From: an uncultured Planctomycetia bacterium
Lineage (GTDB): Bacteria > Planctomycetota > UBA8108 > UBA1146
DNA length: 64,000 nt
Assembly (NCBI GenBank): GCA_964605665.1
Contig: CAZSDP010000022.1
Span: 11,238-75,237, forward strand
Direction: 5' to 3'
Numbering within the stretch: the first letter of the stretch is position 1; every line of letters starts with the position of its first letter. The notes below the pieces were generated by a model. That model did no database searches. It saw nothing but the letters and a program-made list of their open reading frames with translations, and had not been told where the DNA came from. This document shows positions 58,903 to 64,000 of this stretch, in pieces. Both the position numbers and the translations under genes were made by a program.

Positions 58903-59679
58903 TCACTCCTCGTCTCGCCGAACGATCGAAGTGATCCATCGACCGAGGATCGTTCCCAAGATCTTCTTTCCAGCGAGGAAGGTGCCGCGCACGGTCCCTG
59001 TGATCTTGGATCGGCCGACTCGCTTTCGGTAACCGACCGGAACCTCGGTCGAGGGGAATCGCCTCTCGGCAGCTTTGACTTGCAACTCCACCGTCCAGCC
59101 AAAGTCGGGGTCACTCATCGCGAGAGCCTCGAAAGCATCGCGTCGGATCGCTCGGAATGGCCCGAGGTCGGTGTAGCGAACTCCATGGATGATCTCGATC
59201 AGGGTGGTCGCGAGCCAATTCCCGAAGCGTGCTTGGGGGAGGAGGGCTCCCGGTTCACAGCGGGGGTTCACCCGGGTGCCGATCACCAACAACACCTCAC
59301 CGGAGATGATCGGTTGCACCAAGTGGGGAAGATCTCTGGGATCGTCGGAGTGGTCCCCATCGAGAAAGACGATGATCTCCGATTCGGGAGCTTCGGGGAG
59401 TGGAAGAGCGGCGAGGGCTGCGAGACAGGCGGAGCCATAACCTCGACGCGGCGCATCGATGACTTTGGCACCTCCTGCGATGGCGATTTCGCGGGTGCGA
59501 TCGGTCGACCGATTGTCTCCGACGTAGACCCCCGCTAATCGATCCCAAGGTAACTCGGAGAGGACTGCTCCGATGCTTCCCTCCTCATTGAGCGCGGGGA
59601 TCACCACGTAGATCAGCGGCTGATCGATCGGGTGGGGGAGGATCGGTTCGCAACGGCGCTCGGCAGTCATGGCGGTCAC
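58903..59679 (-). CDS. Family 2 glycosyltransferase (polyprenol-phosphate sugar synthase-like)
   Basis: IYVVIPALNEEGSIGAVL...VGDNRSTDRT...FLDGDHSDDP. Confidence 0.8.
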   Translation of the reverse strand: MTAMTAERRCEPILPHPIDQPLIYVVIPALNEEGSIGAVLSELPWDRLAGVYVGDNRSTDRTREIAIAGGAKVIDAPRRGYGSACLAALAALPLPEAPESEIIVFLDGDHSDDPRDLPHLVQPIISGEVLLVIGTRVNPRCEPGALLPQARFGNWLATTLIEIIHGVRYTDLGPFRAIRRDAFEALAMSDPDFGWTVELQVKAAERRFPSTEVPVGYRKRVGRSKITGTVRGTFLAGKKILGTILGRWITSIVRRDEE

Positions 59680-60536
59680 TATTCGAGGGTGAGATCGGGG
59701 ATCTCGCGAATCAACTGGGCGATCGGCTGCAGTTGGTCGAGGAGTGGCTCCAGCTCGGCGAGGGGGAGCGCGTTCGGCCCGTCGCAGAGCGCCTTCTCCG
59801 GTTCCGGGTGAACTTCGAAGAAACAGCCGTCGAATCCTGCGGCCACCGCGGCCCGAGCGAGGATGGGAATCATCGGTCGCTCGCCGCCACTCGATCCACC
59901 AACTCCACCGCCGGGGCTCTGTACGCTGTGGGTGGCATCGAAGATCGACGCCGCTCCTGTGCCCTGGATGGCCGGCAAGATGCGAAGGTCATTGACCAGC
60001 CTCTGATATCCGAAGCTCACCCCACGTTCTGTGATCCACACATCTTTTGCGCCCGCTGAGCGCAAGACTTCGACCCGCTGCGGGATGTCGCTCGGAGCGA
60101 GAAACTGCCCTCGCTTCAGATTCACCACCTGTCCTCCACTTGCGGCAGCTTCGAGAAGGCTATTCTGCCGCGAGAGAAACGCGGGAAGCTGAATGACATC
60201 GACCACCTCACTGGCGAGACGAGCCTGTTCCTCGGTGTGGACGTCGGTGGTGATGGGAAGACCGGTCTCTTCCCTGACGCGACTGAGAACTTCGAGTCCC
60301 GCTTCGATACCTGGTCCGCGAAAGGAATCGGCGCGCGATCGGTTCGCCTTCTCGTAAGACGCTTTGAAGATCAGAGAGAGCCCACGACGCTGACCGACCT
60401 CTGCCAAGGTATGGGCGACTTCGAGGGTAAATCCCGCATCCTCGATGACATCCGGCCCGATGATCCAAAGGGGGGCCGGCACTTCGCCACTTCCGACGTG
60501 GAGCGCATTTCTCAGTCCGGACAGTCGTGGAGGCAT
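59679..60536 (-). CDS. kdsA: 3-deoxy-8-phosphooctulonate (KDO-8-P) synthase
   Basis: Collinear with E. coli KdsA (LIFKASYEKANRS, VVDVIQLPAFLSRQ, CDGPNALPL). Confidence 0.92.
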   Translation of the reverse strand: MPPRLSGLRNALHVGSGEVPAPLWIIGPDVIEDAGFTLEVAHTLAEVGQRRGLSLIFKASYEKANRSRADSFRGPGIEAGLEVLSRVREETGLPITTDVHTEEQARLASEVVDVIQLPAFLSRQNSLLEAAASGGQVVNLKRGQFLAPSDIPQRVEVLRSAGAKDVWITERGVSFGYQRLVNDLRILPAIQGTGAASIFDATHSVQSPGGGVGGSSGGERPMIPILARAAVAAGFDGCFFEVHPEPEKALCDGPNALPLAELEPLLDQLQPIAQLIREIPDLTLE

Positions 60537-60702
60537 CAGAACTCCCTGTACTGCGGTGGTGGGCCGAGGCCCGAGGTCGGTCCCGAGGGTGGGACCCGAG
60601 CTAGGGAGGATACCGCAACTGTGCGGTGGTGGAATGCGCTCTTACCTGAAGTTGTTCTCCGAGCGCTCCTCGTTATGATCCCAGCTTCGGAAAGGAGCGG
60701 CG

Positions 60703-60993
60703 ATGAGTGACTCTGCTGGCTCACAGCCCATTGGCCCGATCGCCTTGTACACCGCAGATTGGTGCCCTGCCTGCCGTCCTGCCAAGCAGTTCTTGGAAGA
60801 GCATGGGGTGGAATACACCGCCATCGACATCGATCAAGATCGGTCTGCGGCCGAGGAGCTGGAAGCGGCGACGGGGAAGATGGGGATTCCATTCCTCAAA
60901 ATCGGCGAAACCTGGGTCCAGGCCTACACCCCCGGCGGGGGCCCTTTTCCGCGAGAAAAGGTGGCGGAAGCTCTGGGAATTCCCCGAGTTTAG
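60703..60993 (+). CDS. Glutaredoxin-like protein
   Basis: IALYTADWCPACRPAKQFLEEHGVEYTAIDID...GIPFLKIG. Active site CPAC. GGAGCGG Shine-Dalgarno sequence upstream. Confidence 0.8.
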   Translation: MSDSAGSQPIGPIALYTADWCPACRPAKQFLEEHGVEYTAIDIDQDRSAAEELEAATGKMGIPFLKIGETWVQAYTPGGGPFPREKVAEALGIPRV

Positions 60994-61177
60994 CAGGAGT
61001 TCGGGTACTTCATCGGCTCGAGCCTCCTCCCGCTCAGTTTCACCTTTGCCGAGTGGGAACGATTCCTTCTCCCTTTTCGTTACAATCGAGCGCCGCTGGC
61101 GGCGCTTCGTCCTGCGCAGGCAGCGTCCGCTTCTCTATGACCGGTCCCGAGACCACATTTCCCCGACGGAGGGTTCC

Positions 61178-64000
61178 TTGATCGACGAAGTGACCGATGC
61201 GGCGAGACGCCGCAATACTCCCTTCAGGATTCTCCTCATCCTCCTCTCAATCTCCCTCGTGGGTGGAGCCTTTGCGGACGAGTCCTCGTTCGATTCAGTC
61301 AAAAGCGCTGCTGATGGCACGGTGAAACTGACCGCAAAAGGGGTCGATGGAGTCGCTCCTGGTGCGAGCTTCAAACTGGTTGTCGAGGTAGAGCTCGATC
61401 GCGGCTGGCATATCTACGGATCGAAGCTCAATCCTGATCTCGGAATTCCGACACAATTCTCTGTCACCGATCCCAATCCCTTCCAGGCTGATGGTGAGCT
61501 CCAGGAGTCGAAGCCCCACGAGCGTTTCGACTCGGTGATGGAAGGAACGATGATCGAGCATGAGAAGGAGGCGACCTTCTCGCTCCCCTTCAAGGTGCCG
61601 GATACGGTGGAACCGGGCCTCTATACCGTTGGAGCTTCCTTCGTCCTTCAAGCCTGCGACGCGATGATGTGTTTGCCCCCCGAGACCCTCTCCCTCGAAT
61701 TCAAGGTTCGCGTGACGGAGGCGAGTGGCGACAAGAGCTCAGCCACCAAAGCTGAAGCGCTTTCCCTCGTGCAAGAACTCGGCGGAGGCGAGGAGATGCC
61801 CGTTGTGGTTCGGGGCAAAGGGGTCGAAGGCGTCTCTCCTGGAGGAGCGTTCGAGATCGTGGTCGAGGCGGAGATCGATCGCGGGTGGCACCTCTATTCG
61901 CTCTTCATTTCGCCAGACTTGGGGGTGCCCACCCAGCTGACTCCCCTCAAGGCCGCCCCATTTGTTGCGTTGGCAGCGAAAGAGCCGAAGCCTCATGCTC
62001 GTAAAGATGATGCGACGGGAGAGACTTATCTCGAGCACGATGGAACGGTTCAGTTTCGGCTTCCGTTCACCGTGCCAGCGGATGTCACGGCGGGGACTTA
62101 TTCGGTTCAAGTCTCCTTCATCACGCAACTTTGCGACGCGATGATGTGTCTCAATCCCGAAGAGTTCGTCTTCGACCTCCCGGTGATCGTGGGCGACAGT
62201 GCGGCCTCCGGTCAATCCTCGACCTCTACCAGGAGCTCGGTTGCTGCGGTCGAAGAGAACTCCGGACCGATCTTCTTCACCGCTCGTTTCGACCGATCCC
62301 AAGTGCGTGAAGGGGAAGAGGTCACCATCGAGTTCGAGGGCGAGGTTGTCGAAGAGAAGAAGCGGATTCCCGCGATCGAAAAAGACATCTCGAAGCAGGG
62401 GTTGTGGGGGATCATCCTCCTCAGTGCTTCGGGGGCATTGATCGCACTCTTGACCCCCTGCGTCTACCCGATGATCCCGATCACGATCAGTGTTTTTACC
62501 AAGCAAGCTCATCAAAAGCGTTCCGCTGTCGTCGGATTGGCGTTCCTCTTCTGCTTCGGCGTGATGGCGAGCTTTACCACTCTAGGACTCGTTCTCAGCG
62601 CGGTGCTCGGTGAAAATGGCGCCAATTTCATGGCGACCAATCCGGTGGTGAACTTTGCCATCGGAGCGTTGTTCATCTACTTCGCATTCAGCTTGTTCGG
62701 CTACTACGACGTCCAGCTTCCTGCTTTCCTTCGCAATCGAGTCGCCAGCAGCGGACAAGGGGGCGGAGTCGCCAGCGTCTTGGTGATGGGCTTTGTCTTC
62801 AGTGTGACCACCTTCACCTGCGTCGGCCCGATCGCTGCGGCGCTGCTCGCTTTGGCAGCGGGGGCGGGTCCCGGCTATGCAGCGATCGGGATGCTCGCCT
62901 TTTCGGGGACTTTCGCACTCCCCTTCTTCTTCCTCGCACTCTTTCCCAAAGCGCTGACCGGACTCCCGCGATCGGGGGGATGGCTCAGCACGGTGAAGGG
63001 AATCCTGGGGTTCATCGAGCTTCTAGCGGCTTGGAAATTCCTCAGCGCCACGATCGGTCGGACCGGACTCGACGTGGTGATTTCGCGAGAAGTGATCTAC
63101 GGAATCTGGGGGGTGACCCTCCTCCTGATGACGCTGTACCTCTTTGGCAAGGTGCGCTTTCCACATGATCCTCCCTTACGAAAGATCGGGGCGGGAAGAG
63201 TTCTCTTGGCGATCGTGTTTTTGATTTGCGCTGCCTTCTGTTTCTGGGCGGTCACCGGCAAGCGATTGAATGCGAACTTGGAGTCGCAACTGTTGGTGAA
63301 GTCATTCTACAAGAGTGAAGCCAAGCTCGATTGGCGGGTGCTACAGGTTCCGGAAGATCCCGATGAGCCACTGGTCCTCTACGCAGATGAGATTCAGAAG
63401 ATCCGCGACCAGGTCGCTGCCGGAGGATCGAAGAAACCGATCTTTATCAACTTCACCGGCCATGTCTGACAGAACTGTCGGGCGATGGAGTCGGAGAGTG
63501 GCATCCTCCATCAACCCGAAGTCGAAGAGTTACTTCGACAATTCGAGCTTTTTGAGATCTTCACTGACGACCCGCGAGAGCTTCCATATGCCGCGGTTCA
63601 AAAGGCGGTGACTGGCTACAACGCCAACCCGACCTACATCGTTCTCGATTCTGAGAATCATCTTGAGGTCGCCCGGATTTCGTTCACCAACTCGAAGCAG
63701 GAGTTCATCGACTTCCTGAAGAAGGGACTCACCGATCGCCCAGCGTTTATCAGTCAGGTTCGATTCACCGGAGTCGAACTCGAGGAGCGGGGAGAAGCGG
63801 TCACCGTGCTGACGGAGCGTGGGGTGATGGAATCGACCGAGGGAACTCTCGAGTCCTACGACGGTGAAGAGGTCTATGCCTACCGCGGTTCATTCTCCGG
63901 TCGTCAGACCTTCCGGGTGGCGCGAGATCTCGATGGGAAGTATCCGATCACGGTGCATTTGGTGACGGGACTCTACTCAGGAGATGAACGTCAAGAGACG
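61178..64000 (+). CDS. dsbD: DsbD-family thiol:disulfide interchange protein with duplicated N-terminal DsbD-alpha domains. An in-frame TGA at 63467-63469 is proposed to be selenocysteine (U-Q-N-C). 3' end lies beyond the window.
   Basis: TTG start 4 nt after GGAGGG. Signal peptide RILLILLSISLVGGAFA. Two CDAMMCL motifs. Central TM domain with LTPCVYPMIP and FTCVGP. The frame stays open for 176 codons after the TGA and encodes a thioredoxin-like domain. Confidence 0.55.
63480..63517 (+). other. SECIS-like hairpin GGGcGATGGAG-(15-nt loop)-CTCCATCaaCCC starting 11 nt 3' of the in-frame UGA
   Basis: Inverted repeat read from the sequence. Its position matches bacterial SECIS placement (established knowledge). 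Not computationally verified. Confidence 0.3.

Noticed and set aside
60707-61177. N-terminal 157 codons of the 920-aa track ORF (GTG start overlapping the glutaredoxin gene)
   Set aside because: It overlaps a clearly real glutaredoxin-like gene in another frame. The DsbD signal peptide begins right after a TTG (61178) preceded by GGAGGG, so the upstream part is non-coding read-through of the frame.
1-64000. Mobile elements or prophage content
   Set aside because: No transposase, integrase, phage structural or toxin-antitoxin-like proteins recognised. Gene content is chromosomal housekeeping plus envelope proteins.

Overview
This is a 64 kb window of high-GC bacterial chromosome. Nearly every position is covered by an antisense ORF, as expected at this GC content, so gene calls below rest on recognisable protein families, gene order and start-site context. 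Coordinates of small elements were derived by hand from the printed sequence and may be off by about 3 nt. Window contents, left to right: (1) A flagellar filament locus: flgL (3' part), fliW, csrA, two tandem flagellin genes, flaG, a very large fliD and fliS. It carries the FliW-CsrA partner-switch arrangement and a CsrA-type GGA hairpin in the leader of the second flagellin. (2) A TolB-like beta-propeller lipoprotein and a GldA/GldF/GldG-like ABC transporter with a DUF4340 partner. (3) A run of four lipoprotein genes that includes an LpoB-like and a YcfL-like protein. (4) Housekeeping genes: tdk, an M32 carboxypeptidase, ribBA, ruvB, a SpoIID/LytB protein, tgt, yajC-secDF, an orphan fliM, ftsB-like, eno, folK, panC, ispE, spoVG, an asparaginase-II protein, kdsA and two GT2 glycosyltransferases. 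(5) Several unusual architectures: a TrxR-like flavoprotein fused to a NapH-like membrane polyferredoxin; SpoVG with a zinc-ribbon insertion; IspE with a low-complexity insertion; a cohesin/dockerin protein; and an ArsS-like radical SAM protein. (6) The most notable item lies at the right edge. A DsbD-family gene, preceded by a glutaredoxin-like gene, stops at a TGA exactly where the first Cys of the thioredoxin CXXC motif should be. The frame then stays open for 176 more codons and encodes the rest of the thioredoxin domain, and a hairpin starts 11 nt downstream of the TGA. This is a candidate selenocysteine-containing (UxxC) DsbD. No transposases, integrases, CRISPR arrays, rRNA or tRNA genes were recognised. 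The gene content (dockerin/cohesin, GldAFG plus DUF4340, fused SecDF, many lipoproteins, LPS genes, SpoVG and SpoIID outside Firmicutes) suggests a Gram-negative, possibly Planctomycetota-like organism; this is inference only.
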